Shown: one piece after another, positions 1 to 10,241 of the stretch | How positions within the stretch are numbered: position 1 is the stretch's first letter | How the letters are laid out: the number at the start of each line of letters is the position of its first letter | Sequence record: SRR31156797_7637 | Length of the DNA: 52,036 bases | Strand: one strand, 5' to 3' | Translations under genes and position numbers: made by a program | The notes under the pieces: generated by a model | What the model was told of the DNA's origin: nothing | The model's database searches: none | The model's input: the letters and a program-made list of their open reading frames with translations, nothing else

Positions 1-137
1 CAGCCCCTTTTCGGAATTTTAGTTTGGTAAGTTGTAGGTTTAAGATAGGATGTTGAAATGCACCGACAGATTTTTTCAGACTTCTTCGGTAATGGGCCAG
101 TCTTTTCAATCTTCGTAAAATTCAAAGGTCTCGAAAT

Positions 138-1151
138 ATGAAATCCAATATGCGTACTATTCTAATTACCGGCGGTGCCGGATATGTGGGTTCTGGGCTA
201 TTGCGCGTTCTCCTACGGGAAGGCTACAATGTTGTCTGCGCTGACTGCCTCAAGTTTGGTGGAGAGTCTATCATCGATATTTGGCATGAGCCGAATTTCA
301 ATTTCTTTAAAGTTGATATCAATAATAGAGAGGATTTTGATCAGGTACTTCAAAAGTATGACTACGCTGCTGTGATTCACCTTGCTGCCATCGTGGGCGA
401 CCCTGCCTGCAAGAGGGAATCGGAATTGGCAATCAAAACAAATTGGGAAAGTTCGAAATGGCTTCTATCAAGGTGCATTGAACTGAAAATTCCACGGTTT
501 GCATTTGCATCTACCTGTAGCAATTATGGAAAAATGGCAGATCCTAATTCCTATGTTGATGAAAATTCACCCTTATCCCCTGTCTCACTATATGCGGAGA
601 TGAAGGTGAAGTTTGAGAACTACCTTCTTCATGAAATTGACAAGAAGAAAGATTTCTGTCCGACTTCCCTACGTTTTTCAACTGTATATGGACTTTCTCC
701 CAGAATGCGTTTCGATCTTACAGTTAATGAGTTCACCAAAGATTTAGCTTTGGGCAAGGAGCTTATTGTATTTGGTGAACAGTTTTGGCGTCCCTATTGC
801 CACGTCGCTGACTTCTCTCGGGCCTTCATGACGGTCTTGAAGACGTCCAGAAAAAAGGTGGCATATCAAGTTTTTAATGTCGGTGCTACGCAGGAAAATT
901 ACACCAAGCAAATGATTGTGGATGAAATCAAGAAGCAGATTCCTGAGGCCAAAATCAAATATGTTCATAAAGATGAAGATCCCAGGGATTATCGAGTCAA
1001 CTTCGACAAAATCCAAAGTCAACTTGGTTTTGAGATATCAAGAACAGTGCCGGATGGGATTCGAGAAGTAAGGGAGATTGTGACCGAAGGAGTCATTCAA
1101 GACCCTGAAGGTCAACGATACTACAATATTCCCCACAAAAAGAAAGCCTGA
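138..1151 (+). CDS. NAD-dependent epimerase/dehydratase (extended SDR)
   Basis: TGGAGYVGS Rossmann motif, HLAAIVGDPAC, STCSNYG, catalytic YAEMK (YxxxK), RMRFDLTVN. Confidence 0.9.
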   Translation: MKSNMRTILITGGAGYVGSGLLRVLLREGYNVVCADCLKFGGESIIDIWHEPNFNFFKVDINNREDFDQVLQKYDYAAVIHLAAIVGDPACKRESELAIKTNWESSKWLLSRCIELKIPRFAFASTCSNYGKMADPNSYVDENSPLSPVSLYAEMKVKFENYLLHEIDKKKDFCPTSLRFSTVYGLSPRMRFDLTVNEFTKDLALGKELIVFGEQFWRPYCHVADFSRAFMTVLKTSRKKVAYQVFNVGATQENYTKQMIVDEIKKQIPEAKIKYVHKDEDPRDYRVNFDKIQSQLGFEISRTVPDGIREVREIVTEGVIQDPEGQRYYNIPHKKKA

Positions 1152-1152
1152 C

Positions 1153-2325
1153 ATGTTTGAGGATCTCATTCATTTCATCAGGGAATGGTATGCCACTGAT
1201 GAATTTATACCCCTCCATGCGCCATTTTTCAGCAAGCTGGATAAGGAATATGTGATGGATGCCATTGATTCGACTTTTGTATCCAGCGTAGGGGAATATG
1301 TAAACCGGTTTGAAAGGGAACTTGCCGAGTATGTTGGTACTCGGCGGGCTGTTGCCGTTGTGAATGGAACAGCTGCGCTTCAGGTTGCTCTGAGGCTGGT
1401 GGGGGTTGAGGCGGGGTTTGAGGTCATCACCCAACCACTCACTTTTGTAGCCACAGCAAATGCTATTGCCTATAATAGCGGTTTCCCGGTTTTTATTGAT
1501 GTGGACCGGGACACGATGGGCCTGAGTCCTGGGGCATTGGATAGCTTTTTCAATGAATTCGGGGAAAGGCGTGATGAAGGTGTGTTCAACAGAGTCAGCA
1601 ATCGCAGAATCGCTGCCATTCTGCCGGTGCATATCTTTGGTCATCCATGTAGAATAGAAGATTTGATAGCTATAGCTGATAAGTGGGATATCCCTCTCAT
1701 CGAGGATGCTGCTGAGGCATTGGGGTCTAAGCGACGAAATAAAATGTGTGGAACCTATGGAAAATTAGGCATTCTCAGTTTCAATGGCAATAAGACGATT
1801 ACCTGTGGAGGTGGCGGAGCCATTGTCACGGATGACGAAACTCTGGCTGGTACGGCAAAACACTTGACTACCACAGCTAAAACCAACCATCCTTGGGAAT
1901 ATATTCACGATGAGGTCGGATATAATTTTCGTATGCCGAATTTGAATGCCGCTTTGGCATGTGCACAGCTCAGTCAGTTGGCCGGTTTCCTAAGTGACAA
2001 ACGCAAACTGGCTGACTCTTATGGGGATTTCTTTCAAGGGAAGGGTATGGGGGATTTTGTGTTTGAACCGAAACATTGCGAGAGTAACTATTGGCTAAAT
2101 ACAATCATAACAAGCAGTGTGCATGAAAAGGAACTGTTTTTGAGAGAGACTAATGACGCAAACGTTATGACAAGACCGATTTGGCGCTTGATGAATGAGC
2201 TCCCTATGTATAGAGATTGCCAAACAGACTCTCTTGAGAATGCCAGATGGCTTCAGGAGAGAGCCGTGAATCTTCCAAGCAGCGCCAGAAACCCAGCCTT
2301 AAAAGCTGAACGTGGCTGCAGCTAA
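1153..2325 (+). CDS. legC: LegC-family PLP-dependent aminotransferase (DegT/DnrJ/EryC1/StrS)
   Basis: FIPLHAP, VSSVGEYV, EDAAEALGS, SFNGNKTITCGGGG (PLP Lys), GYNFRMPNLNAAL; position in nonulosonate cluster. Confidence 0.9.
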   Translation: MFEDLIHFIREWYATDEFIPLHAPFFSKLDKEYVMDAIDSTFVSSVGEYVNRFERELAEYVGTRRAVAVVNGTAALQVALRLVGVEAGFEVITQPLTFVATANAIAYNSGFPVFIDVDRDTMGLSPGALDSFFNEFGERRDEGVFNRVSNRRIAAILPVHIFGHPCRIEDLIAIADKWDIPLIEDAAEALGSKRRNKMCGTYGKLGILSFNGNKTITCGGGGAIVTDDETLAGTAKHLTTTAKTNHPWEYIHDEVGYNFRMPNLNAALACAQLSQLAGFLSDKRKLADSYGDFFQGKGMGDFVFEPKHCESNYWLNTIITSSVHEKELFLRETNDANVMTRPIWRLMNELPMYRDCQTDSLENARWLQERAVNLPSSARNPALKAERGCS

Positions 2326-2932
2326 GGAAAAAATTGTCCTCATTGGTGGCGGCGGTCACTGCAAGTCCTGTATCGATGTCATTGAACAGCAAGGAAGATT
2401 CTCGATTGCCGGCATTGTGGACATACCTTCTAGGCTTCATGAGAAAGTACTGGGGTATGAAATATTCGGCACAGACGAAGACCTGCCTCGCCTTGCCAGG
2501 GATTTTCGGTGGTTTTTGATTACGTTGGGACAGATTCGGACACCTGAAAAAAGGGCTCATCTGTTCAAAATTCTAAAAGAAATGAAAATACGGCTTCCGG
2601 TAATTGTTTCGCCCATTGCTTATGTTTCAGATCACGCGGAGCTTGGAGCAGGCACTGTGGTGATGCACCATGCGCTAATAAATGCAGGAGCACGGGTGGG
2701 TCAGAACTGTATCATCAACAGCAAAGCGCTTATTGAACATGATGCGTCTATTGGAGACAATTGCCATATTTCAACGGCAGCGGTTGTAAACGGGGGTGCC
2801 AAAATCAAAGCCGGCACTTTTTTTGGTAGCAACTCTGTGATCTCAGGATATATTGAAGTGGGCGAGAAATGCTTTATAAATTGTGGCATTCAGGTCAAGA
2901 CTAATTTGACACCCAGAACGCTGGTCCGTTGA
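2312..2932 (+). CDS. NeuD/PglD/LegH-type sugar acetyltransferase (hexapeptide repeat)
   Basis: IGGGGHCKSCID N-domain followed by left-handed beta-helix repeats (IEHDASIGDNCHIS); GTG start overlapping legC. Confidence 0.88.
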   Translation: MAAAKEKIVLIGGGGHCKSCIDVIEQQGRFSIAGIVDIPSRLHEKVLGYEIFGTDEDLPRLARDFRWFLITLGQIRTPEKRAHLFKILKEMKIRLPVIVSPIAYVSDHAELGAGTVVMHHALINAGARVGQNCIINSKALIEHDASIGDNCHISTAAVVNGGAKIKAGTFFGSNSVISGYIEVGEKCFINCGIQVKTNLTPRTLVR

Positions 2933-2964
2933 GATATTCCAACCACTTTCCGCTTTGAGCTTAC

Positions 2965-3996
2965 ATGAGCCATCACCTACCAGCTACCAACGGCCACACC
3001 TTCATTATCGCCGAAGCAGGTGTTAACCACAATGGTAGCGTGGAACTGGCCTTGCAGATGGTGGATATCGCGGCTGAGGCCGGGGCCGATGCTGTCAAGT
3101 TCCAGACCTTTAAGGCAGAAAAAGTTATCGCCGGGACTGCTCCAAAGGCGGAATATCAAAAGGCCGCCACAGGCGAAGAAGAATCTCAACTTGAAATGGT
3201 TAGAAGGCTTGAACTGGATGAGAAGACACACAAAAAAATATTTGCTCATTGTAAAGAAAAGGGGATAATTTTTTTATCCACCCCATTTGACTTGGAAAGC
3301 ATAGACCTTCTTAGCAGGCTTGGTTTGCAGATCTTTAAGATCCCGTCTGGAGAAATTACAAATCTCCCTTATCTCAGGAAAATTGGTGCAATTAAAAAGA
3401 AATTGCTAATGTCTACCGGAATGGCCGATCTGGGAGAAGTTGAAGATGCCCTCATGATCCTAATGAGGGCGGGAACTGTACCACAGAATATTACAATCCT
3501 TCATTGCAACACGGAATATCCGACGCCTTTCGAAGATGTCAACCTAAGCGCCATGGTAACCATGGGGGCTGCTTTTCCTGGAATCAAAGTGGGTTACTCC
3601 GATCACACCATGGGTATCGAGTTTCCAATTGCGGCAGTGGCCATGGGTGCCACAGTCATTGAAAAGCATTTTACGCTGGATCGAAACATGGATGGGCCGG
3701 ATCATCGGGCATCTTTGGAGCCTGCTGAACTGAAGGCGATGGTATCCGCCATCCGGAAAATCAAAATAGGCTTGGGAAACGGCATCAAGAAACCCTCGCC
3801 ATCAGAGCTCAAAAACAAATCTGTGGCACGGAAAAGTATTGTTGCCGCGCGTACCATACGGAAAGGAGAAACTTTCACACTCGAAAACTTGACGACGAAA
3901 CGACCCGGTACAGGCATTTCACCCATGAATTGGGATCGTATCATTGGAAGAACTTCAAACAAATCTTACCGTGTCGATGAGCTAATACAGTTATGA
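2965..3996 (+). CDS. neuB: NeuB-family nonulosonic acid synthase (LegI-like)
   Basis: FIIAEAGVNHNGS, DAVKFQTF, KIPSGEITN, GYSDHT, IEKHFTLD, C-terminal SAF domain KRPGTGISP. Confidence 0.95.
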   Translation: MSHHLPATNGHTFIIAEAGVNHNGSVELALQMVDIAAEAGADAVKFQTFKAEKVIAGTAPKAEYQKAATGEEESQLEMVRRLELDEKTHKKIFAHCKEKGIIFLSTPFDLESIDLLSRLGLQIFKIPSGEITNLPYLRKIGAIKKKLLMSTGMADLGEVEDALMILMRAGTVPQNITILHCNTEYPTPFEDVNLSAMVTMGAAFPGIKVGYSDHTMGIEFPIAAVAMGATVIEKHFTLDRNMDGPDHRASLEPAELKAMVSAIRKIKIGLGNGIKKPSPSELKNKSVARKSIVAARTIRKGETFTLENLTTKRPGTGISPMNWDRIIGRTSNKSYRVDELIQL

Positions 3997-5150
3997 AGAG
4001 ATCCATTTGCGTTTTTACCGGCACAAGGGCTGAATATGGGCTTTTAAAGTGGCTCATGAAAGGTATAAAGGATGAGAATAGCCTTGATTTGCAGGTTATC
4101 GTGACTGGAACGCATCTTTCTCCGGAGTTCGGGCTGACTTATAGGGAGATTGAAAATGACGGTTTTGAGGTTCACAAAAAGGTGGAAATGATCCTTTCGT
4201 CCGACACGCCCAGCGCTATCATTAAAGCCACAGGTCTTGGTATGATTGGGTTTGCAGATGCCCTCGCGGAACTCAAACCAGATATTGTTTTATTGCTTGG
4301 TGATCGTTTTGAAATGCTGGCAGCATCGTTTACGGCGCTGGTTTCGGGAATACCCATTGCGCATATTCATGGAGGGGAGACCACAGTCGGGGCTTTTGAT
4401 GAAGCGATTCGGCATTCAATCACTAAGATGTCCTATTGGCATTTTGTAGCTGCGGATGAATACCGCGACCGTGTTATTCAACTGGGGGAAGATCCAAAAA
4501 GGGTATTTACAGTAGGTGGTTTGGGTGTGGATGCTATCGCCAGGACTGAGATATTGGATAATGGGCTTCTTGAAAATGGATTAGGGATAAATTTTGGTGA
4601 AAAGAATCTGCTGATTACGTACCATCCGGAAACTTTGAAACCTGATGCTAACGCTACAAGTTTTGGGGAACTACTCACCGCTCTGTCCGATTTGAAAAAC
4701 ACTCATTTCATTTTCACAACACCAAACGCGGATACAGGCGGGAGAATCATACAGTCTATGATAGAAAAATTCGTGGCTAAAAACAAGGAGCGGGCAGTGA
4801 TGTTCAAGTCGTTGGGCCAGCTCCGGTATTTTTCATGCCTTCATCATGTCGACGCAGTAGTCGGGAATTCATCGAGCGGGTTAACAGAAGCCCCTAGTTT
4901 TGGTATCGGAACGATCAACATTGGAGACCGTCAGAAAGGCAGATTGAAATCAAAAAGTGTGATCGATTGCGTGCCTACTACAGATTCGATAAAAAGTGCT
5001 ATAGCATTTCTTTATTCCGAAGACTTCCAAAGGTTACTGAAGAACGTACATAATCCGTACGGTGAAGGAAATGCTTCGCAAAAGATCCTGGATTTATTAA
5101 GCGCAATGGAACTGCCTATTTCAATGAAAAAGAAGTTTTGTGACCTATGA
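3993..5150 (+). CDS. neuC: hydrolysing NDP-sugar 2-epimerase (NeuC/LegG)
   Basis: TGTRAEYGLL, GDRFE, HIHGGE, DEAIRHSITK, GNSSSG, NIGDRQKGR. Confidence 0.93.
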   Translation: MKRSICVFTGTRAEYGLLKWLMKGIKDENSLDLQVIVTGTHLSPEFGLTYREIENDGFEVHKKVEMILSSDTPSAIIKATGLGMIGFADALAELKPDIVLLLGDRFEMLAASFTALVSGIPIAHIHGGETTVGAFDEAIRHSITKMSYWHFVAADEYRDRVIQLGEDPKRVFTVGGLGVDAIARTEILDNGLLENGLGINFGEKNLLITYHPETLKPDANATSFGELLTALSDLKNTHFIFTTPNADTGGRIIQSMIEKFVAKNKERAVMFKSLGQLRYFSCLHHVDAVVGNSSSGLTEAPSFGIGTINIGDRQKGRLKSKSVIDCVPTTDSIKSAIAFLYSEDFQRLLKNVHNPYGEGNASQKILDLLSAMELPISMKKKFCDL

Positions 5151-6199
5151 AAGACTTAACTGTCAATTGCGATATCTCGATTCGTGAGGCTATGAAAGCA
5201 CTTAGCCAAACGGCTGAAAAGTGCCTTTTGGTTGTAAATGGCGGAAAAGAACTGGTCGGAACATTGACGGATGGTGATTTGCGACGAAGTATACTGGAGG
5301 GAGTTGATTTCGATAGCAGCATCGAACAGAGTTTTTTTCGAGACCCCAAGGTAGTCAGAGAGGGCAGGTACACAAAGGAGGCGGCGGGAAAGGTGATGCT
5401 TTCTCAAAGAATCGATGTGCTACCGGTGGTGAACGCAAACGGAGTCCTTGTTGGATATCTTACTCCCGAACAAGTATTCGGTGATGCGCCGTTACCTAAA
5501 AAAGCTTTGTTACAAGCGCCGGTGGTCATCATGGCTGGCGGTAGGGGGACGAGACTCGAACCATTTACCAATATTTTGCCCAAACCTTTAGTGCCCATCC
5601 GTGAAAAGCCGGTTATCGAGCATATCATCGGCCGCTTCACAGAAGCCGGTGTATCGGATTTTTACCTTTCAGTGAACTACAAAAGCCGCATTCTCAGAGC
5701 CTATTTCGAGGAACTCCAGCCGGAATACTCAGTCACCTTCATTGAAGAGAAGGAGCCCTTAGGTACTGCCGGGGCCCTGAAATACCTTGAGGGTTTATTC
5801 AAGGAGCCCTTCCTGGTAACCAATTGTGACATTATGATTGATGCTGACTATGCGGATTTGTATGCGTTTCACAAGAAGAGAGGCTGGGATTTGACGGTCG
5901 TGGCTTCAATGAAGAAATACGTGATTCCGTATGGCACATGTGAACTTAATGGGAATGGCCATCTGTCTTTTATCAGGGAGAAGCCGGAGTATAATTTTCT
6001 GGTGAATACCGGCTTATACATTTTGCAGCCGAATCTGATCTCATTTATCCCACAAGGGCGTTCTTACCATATCACTCAGCTTATATCTGATGTCAAGAAG
6101 CAAGGTATGAAGGTAGGCGTTTACCCCGTCAGCGAAGAGGCTTGGATTGATATCGGACAGTGGGCTGAATACCGAAAAGCGGTGGAAAGATTTGGCTGA
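5147..6199 (+). CDS. CBS-domain sugar-1-phosphate nucleotidyltransferase (PtmE-like)
   Basis: N-terminal CBS pair (GTLTDGDLRR), MAGGRGTRLEPFT...PKPL, EKEPLGTAGAL, WIDIG. Confidence 0.9.
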   Translation: MKDLTVNCDISIREAMKALSQTAEKCLLVVNGGKELVGTLTDGDLRRSILEGVDFDSSIEQSFFRDPKVVREGRYTKEAAGKVMLSQRIDVLPVVNANGVLVGYLTPEQVFGDAPLPKKALLQAPVVIMAGGRGTRLEPFTNILPKPLVPIREKPVIEHIIGRFTEAGVSDFYLSVNYKSRILRAYFEELQPEYSVTFIEEKEPLGTAGALKYLEGLFKEPFLVTNCDIMIDADYADLYAFHKKRGWDLTVVASMKKYVIPYGTCELNGNGHLSFIREKPEYNFLVNTGLYILQPNLISFIPQGRSYHITQLISDVKKQGMKVGVYPVSEEAWIDIGQWAEYRKAVERFG

Positions 6200-7202
6200 T
6201 TATTCTAAATCAAAGCTGAAGCATATTGCTATAGTCGGTCTTGGTAGCATTGGTCGGCGGCATTTAAGACTTGTAAAAAGTATTCGACCCGAATTCGAAG
6301 TAACTGTGGTACGTTCTGGAAGAGGTGGGAAATTCTCGGAGGAAAGGCTGTCAGATCGATCCGTCTTCGGCATACAATCGGCCATCGATTTGGGGGTCCA
6401 GGCGGCAATCATTTGTACGCCGTCTTCGGTCCATTTAAAACAAGCGTATGAATTCCTATCTGCACGGGTCCATCTTCTTGTGGAAAAGCCTCTGTCGAAC
6501 GAATTGGTCGGTGTTTCTGATTTCGTTTCCAAAGCAACAAAATCCGAAATCATCGGTATGACCGGCTATGTCTTCAGGCATGACCAGGCAGCTCAGAAAT
6601 TTTCTGAAATGCTAAATGCCGGTTACTTGGGGCATTTGCTACATGCCCGGGTGGAATGCGGCTCTTACCTGCCAGACTGGCGCCCCGACTTGGATTACCG
6701 GGATTGTGTTTCAGCCAGGTTAGACTTGGGAGGCGGGGCCCTGTTGGAACTGAGCCACGAGCTGGATTACATATCCTGGTTTTTGGGTTATCCCAATAGC
6801 ATCTACGCTCATTTATCGAACTCTCATACGCTCGCTTTGCAGGTTGAGGAAAGTGCGGATCTGATCTTGGAGAGCGAAATGGGCTTGCCGATTTCTGTAC
6901 ACTTGGACTTTAATCGCAGGCACACGAGCCGGTCCTGCACCGTATACGGATCTGAGGGAACACTCAGTTGGGATGCCGCCAACAAACAAATCGGCTGGTT
7001 TCCGGCCGAAGGGACTCCCGAATGTATGCGATTTGACTACGGTTCAGACGATATGTACCTAAATCAGTTGAAACATTTCTTCGACTGTATAGAACAAGAG
7101 GGGAAACCAACGGCATCTTTCAAAGATGGGGAAAAGGCGCTTCGCTTGGTCGATGCGGCAAAAGAGTCTCATGCCTCAGGCAAGAGGGTGAACTTAACGT
7201 GA
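6192..7202 (+). CDS. Gfo/Idh/MocA family oxidoreductase (PtmF/ElaA-like)
   Basis: VGLGSIGRRH, VEKPLS, YLPDWRP, GGGALLELSHELD; TTG start at 6192 preferred over 6147. Confidence 0.88.
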   Translation: MADYSKSKLKHIAIVGLGSIGRRHLRLVKSIRPEFEVTVVRSGRGGKFSEERLSDRSVFGIQSAIDLGVQAAIICTPSSVHLKQAYEFLSARVHLLVEKPLSNELVGVSDFVSKATKSEIIGMTGYVFRHDQAAQKFSEMLNAGYLGHLLHARVECGSYLPDWRPDLDYRDCVSARLDLGGGALLELSHELDYISWFLGYPNSIYAHLSNSHTLALQVEESADLILESEMGLPISVHLDFNRRHTSRSCTVYGSEGTLSWDAANKQIGWFPAEGTPECMRFDYGSDDMYLNQLKHFFDCIEQEGKPTASFKDGEKALRLVDAAKESHASGKRVNLT

Positions 7203-7915
7203 AAACTTGTGCGTTCGTCTTTGCAAGAGGAGGTTCCAAGGGTGTTCCAGGCAAAAATATTCGACCATTTGCCGGTAAGCCCTTGCTGGCATATGCTATT
7301 GAACTGGCAAAAACCATTCCAGAAATTGAGCAGATATATATTTCTACGGATGATGAAGCCATTGCGGCGGTCGCCAGCAGATATGGTGCGGCCGTGATTC
7401 CTCGCCCGAAAAATCTGGCACAGGATGATTCCCCGGAATGGATGGCATGGCGGCATGCCGTGGATTGGGTTCAAAAAAGAGCAGGGGAATTTGATCTTTT
7501 CGTCAGCCTGCCTACCACCTCGCCGCTACGGAAAATGAAAGATGTTTACAGGTGTATGGAACTGTTGGATAGTGAAACCGATATCGTGGTTACCATTACC
7601 GAAACGACCCGAAGTCCATGGTTCAACATGGTACGATTTGATCCTAACGGGTATGTGAAAGTCTTGCTTCGGGATGGGGAAAGGTATATTCGCAGGCAAG
7701 ACGTACCTGAAGTTTTTGACATGACAACTGTCGCCTACGTTACGCGCCCCGAATTTATTCGCTCGGCATCAGGCGTATTTGATGGCCGGGTAAAGGGAGT
7801 AATTGTGCCCCAGGAAAGGGCACTGGATATTGACACGGAACAGGATTTTCGAGTAGGAGAATTTTTAATGCAGGAGTATCGGAGGAGGAAGCGGGGTGTC
7901 CATGTTGCTGAATAA
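7199..7915 (+). CDS. acylneuraminate cytidylyltransferase (CMP-nonulosonate synthetase, NeuA/LegF/PtmB-like)
   Basis: ARGGSKGVPGKNIR, ISTDD, PTTSPLR, RRQD, LDIDT. Confidence 0.92.
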   Translation: MKTCAFVFARGGSKGVPGKNIRPFAGKPLLAYAIELAKTIPEIEQIYISTDDEAIAAVASRYGAAVIPRPKNLAQDDSPEWMAWRHAVDWVQKRAGEFDLFVSLPTTSPLRKMKDVYRCMELLDSETDIVVTITETTRSPWFNMVRFDPNGYVKVLLRDGERYIRRQDVPEVFDMTTVAYVTRPEFIRSASGVFDGRVKGVIVPQERALDIDTEQDFRVGEFLMQEYRRRKRGVHVAE

Positions 7916-8663
7916 TAAAGTTGTCGCCATTAGTGGCGCGGCGGGTCGTATCGGTTCTGTGTTTTCAAATGCCGTGATTGAAAATGGGGGCAAGGTTTTT
8001 TTGGGGGACATTTCGGAAGAAAAGGGAAAGACTCTCGAAAGATCTCTCGGCCTGGACAAGGCTTTTTATGTTAGTGCCGACCTTACGGACCCTTCCGATA
8101 TTGATCTTTTTATTCAGAATGGAATTCAACGATTCGGTCGATTGGATGCTGCCGTGCATTGTGCGTACCCCGTTTCTGCGCAATGGGGAACGCGATTCGA
8201 AGACTTGAAACCGGAATTCCTCTCCGTGGATTTGAATAGGCAGTTAGGTGGTGCTATTCTTTTTTCTCAGAGGTTTATCAGATATTTTAGAAAACTGGGC
8301 TGTGGCAATCTGGTTCACCTTTCATCCATACAGGGGGTCTCCCCACCCAAATTTGAGCATTATGAAGGTACTAAAATGGTTTCGCCCATTGAGTATTCCG
8401 CTATCAAGGCCGGTATTATTGCTGTAACCAAATATCTTGCGAAGTACTGCAAGGGTGAAAATATCCGTGTGAATTGCATAAGCCCGGGCGGCATACTAGA
8501 TAGGCAACCTGAGAGTTTTTTGAAAAAATACAGGAACTCTTGCCTTAACAAAGGGATGCTTGATGCTACTGATCTTTCCGGGACGCTAATATATCTGCTT
8601 ACGGATCATTCCAGGTATTTAAACGGCCAAAATATTGTCATAGATGACGGGTGGTCGCTTTAG
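7896..8663 (+). CDS. short-chain dehydrogenase/reductase (PtmA/ElaC-like)
   Basis: SGAAGRIG, HCAYP, SSIQG, EYSAIK (YxxxK), NCISPGGI, GQNIVIDDGWSL; start 7896 or 7902. Confidence 0.88.
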   Translation: MSMLLNNKVVAISGAAGRIGSVFSNAVIENGGKVFLGDISEEKGKTLERSLGLDKAFYVSADLTDPSDIDLFIQNGIQRFGRLDAAVHCAYPVSAQWGTRFEDLKPEFLSVDLNRQLGGAILFSQRFIRYFRKLGCGNLVHLSSIQGVSPPKFEHYEGTKMVSPIEYSAIKAGIIAVTKYLAKYCKGENIRVNCISPGGILDRQPESFLKKYRNSCLNKGMLDATDLSGTLIYLLTDHSRYLNGQNIVIDDGWSL

Positions 8664-8692
8664 CTTTCAGATCAACACATTCGGACTACTGT

Positions 8693-9535
8693 ATGATAAG
8701 AATTATTCCTCGACTGGACATCAAGGGTCCCAACCTAGTGAAAGGCATCCATTTTGAAGGACTTCGTGTCCTTGGATCACCTTATGAATTTGCAAGATAT
8801 TATTACCGAAAAGGTGCGGATGAGTTGATGTATGTGGATGTGGTGGCAAGCCTTTATGAGCGAAACAGCCTTCACGACTTGATTACCAGGACAGCTAGAG
8901 AGATCTTTATTCCGTTGACGGTCTCCGGGGGGCTACGTTCAATCGAGGATATTAGAGCCGTCCTCCGCGCTGGTGCAGACAAGGTTTCCATCAACACCGC
9001 TGCCATCAAGAATCCCGGAATAATCAAGGAAGCCGCGCGACTGTTTGGTTCATCAACCATTGTCGTCGCTATTGAAGCCATCAAGCAACCGGACGGAAGA
9101 TATCTTGCCTTTACAGACAACGGAAGAGAATATACGGGCGTTGATGTGCTCCAATGGGCGACTCAGGTTGAGTCTCTAGGCGCCGGAGAAATTGTTATAA
9201 GCTCTGTGGATCGGGAAGGAACAGGTGAGGGATATGATTTGGAATTGACCAAAATGGTCTCAAACGCCGTCCATATACCGGTAGTTGCTCACGGAGGGCC
9301 AGGGACGCTCGAACATATCAATTCGGTAGCGGGAGATAATGGAGTTGATGCGGTTGCTGTGTCGTCCATGCTTCATTATGATTTTCTGGAAAACGGTCTA
9401 GGCGGGGGTTCTTCCTCAGATGAGGGAAATAGGGAATTTTTAAAAAGCGGCAAAAAGTATTCAAGAATCAAACATTGCAGCATCCGTGACATAAAGAATT
9501 ATCTTCATGGAGCCGGGGTATCTTGCCGATTATAA
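8693..9535 (+). CDS. HisF-like cyclase-fold subunit of sugar amidination system (WbuZ/HisF2-like)
   Basis: RIIPRLDIKGPNLVKG, GADKVSINT, SVDREGTGEGYD; located in glycan locus next to HisH-like and amidotransferase genes; ATG 8693 preferred. Confidence 0.88.
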   Translation: MIRIIPRLDIKGPNLVKGIHFEGLRVLGSPYEFARYYYRKGADELMYVDVVASLYERNSLHDLITRTAREIFIPLTVSGGLRSIEDIRAVLRAGADKVSINTAAIKNPGIIKEAARLFGSSTIVVAIEAIKQPDGRYLAFTDNGREYTGVDVLQWATQVESLGAGEIVISSVDREGTGEGYDLELTKMVSNAVHIPVVAHGGPGTLEHINSVAGDNGVDAVAVSSMLHYDFLENGLGGGSSSDEGNREFLKSGKKYSRIKHCSIRDIKNYLHGAGVSCRL

Positions 9536-9550
9536 GCGTTCTGGCAGAAG

Positions 9551-10240
9551 ATGGACCAGGAAAAGAATATCAGAATAGCCATTATTGACTACGGGCTGAG
9601 CAATCTATTCAGTGTTCAAAATGCCTTCAGATATCTTGGGCTTGATGCGACCATTACGAATAATTGTGCCGAGATCGAAAGTGCCGATGGGGCTATACTG
9701 CCGGGTGTCGGTGCTTTTGATATGGCTATGAGAAGTCTGGAGAGGCAGGATCTAATTGCCCCCATTACCGATTTTGTTCGGAGTGGGAAACCGTTTATGG
9801 GGATCTGCCTGGGTTTACAGCTCCTGTTCTCGGAAAGTGAAGAATTTGGTACTTCAAGAGGTCTTGACCTGATTGAGGGTTATGTGCGTAGGCTCCCCAA
9901 TGAAGATATCCATGGCAACAGAATAAAGGTCCCACAAATAGGCTGGAATCGAATATACAATGCCGGTGGCTCGAACAAAACAGCTGAGTGTACTCCCTTA
10001 AGAAATACTGCGGAAGGGGAATTCATGTATTTTGTACACTCATTCTATGTGGTGCCCCATAATCCGGAAAGAGAGTTGAAGAAAACCAAGTATAAAGGTT
10101 TTGAATATTGTTCAAGTATCCAATACGAAAATCTCTTCGGCGTTCAGTTTCACCCGGAAAAGAGTGGCGAAAAGGGAATTCAGATCTATGCCAATTGGGG
10201 ACAACAGGTGAAAGAATACAAAGAAGGAGTCAATTACTGA
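9551..10240 (+). CDS. HisH-like class I glutamine amidotransferase (WbuY-like)
   Basis: IIDYGLSNL, LPGVGAF, GICLGLQLL (catalytic Cys), YFVHSF, QFHPEKS. Confidence 0.9.
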   Translation: MDQEKNIRIAIIDYGLSNLFSVQNAFRYLGLDATITNNCAEIESADGAILPGVGAFDMAMRSLERQDLIAPITDFVRSGKPFMGICLGLQLLFSESEEFGTSRGLDLIEGYVRRLPNEDIHGNRIKVPQIGWNRIYNAGGSNKTAECTPLRNTAEGEFMYFVHSFYVVPHNPERELKKTKYKGFEYCSSIQYENLFGVQFHPEKSGEKGIQIYANWGQQVKEYKEGVNY

Positions 10241-10241
10241 T

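Noticed and set aside
8693-10240. hisF/hisH as histidine biosynthesis genes
   Set aside because: No other his genes nearby; adjacency to the N-acetyl sugar amidotransferase indicates the glycan-amidination paralogs
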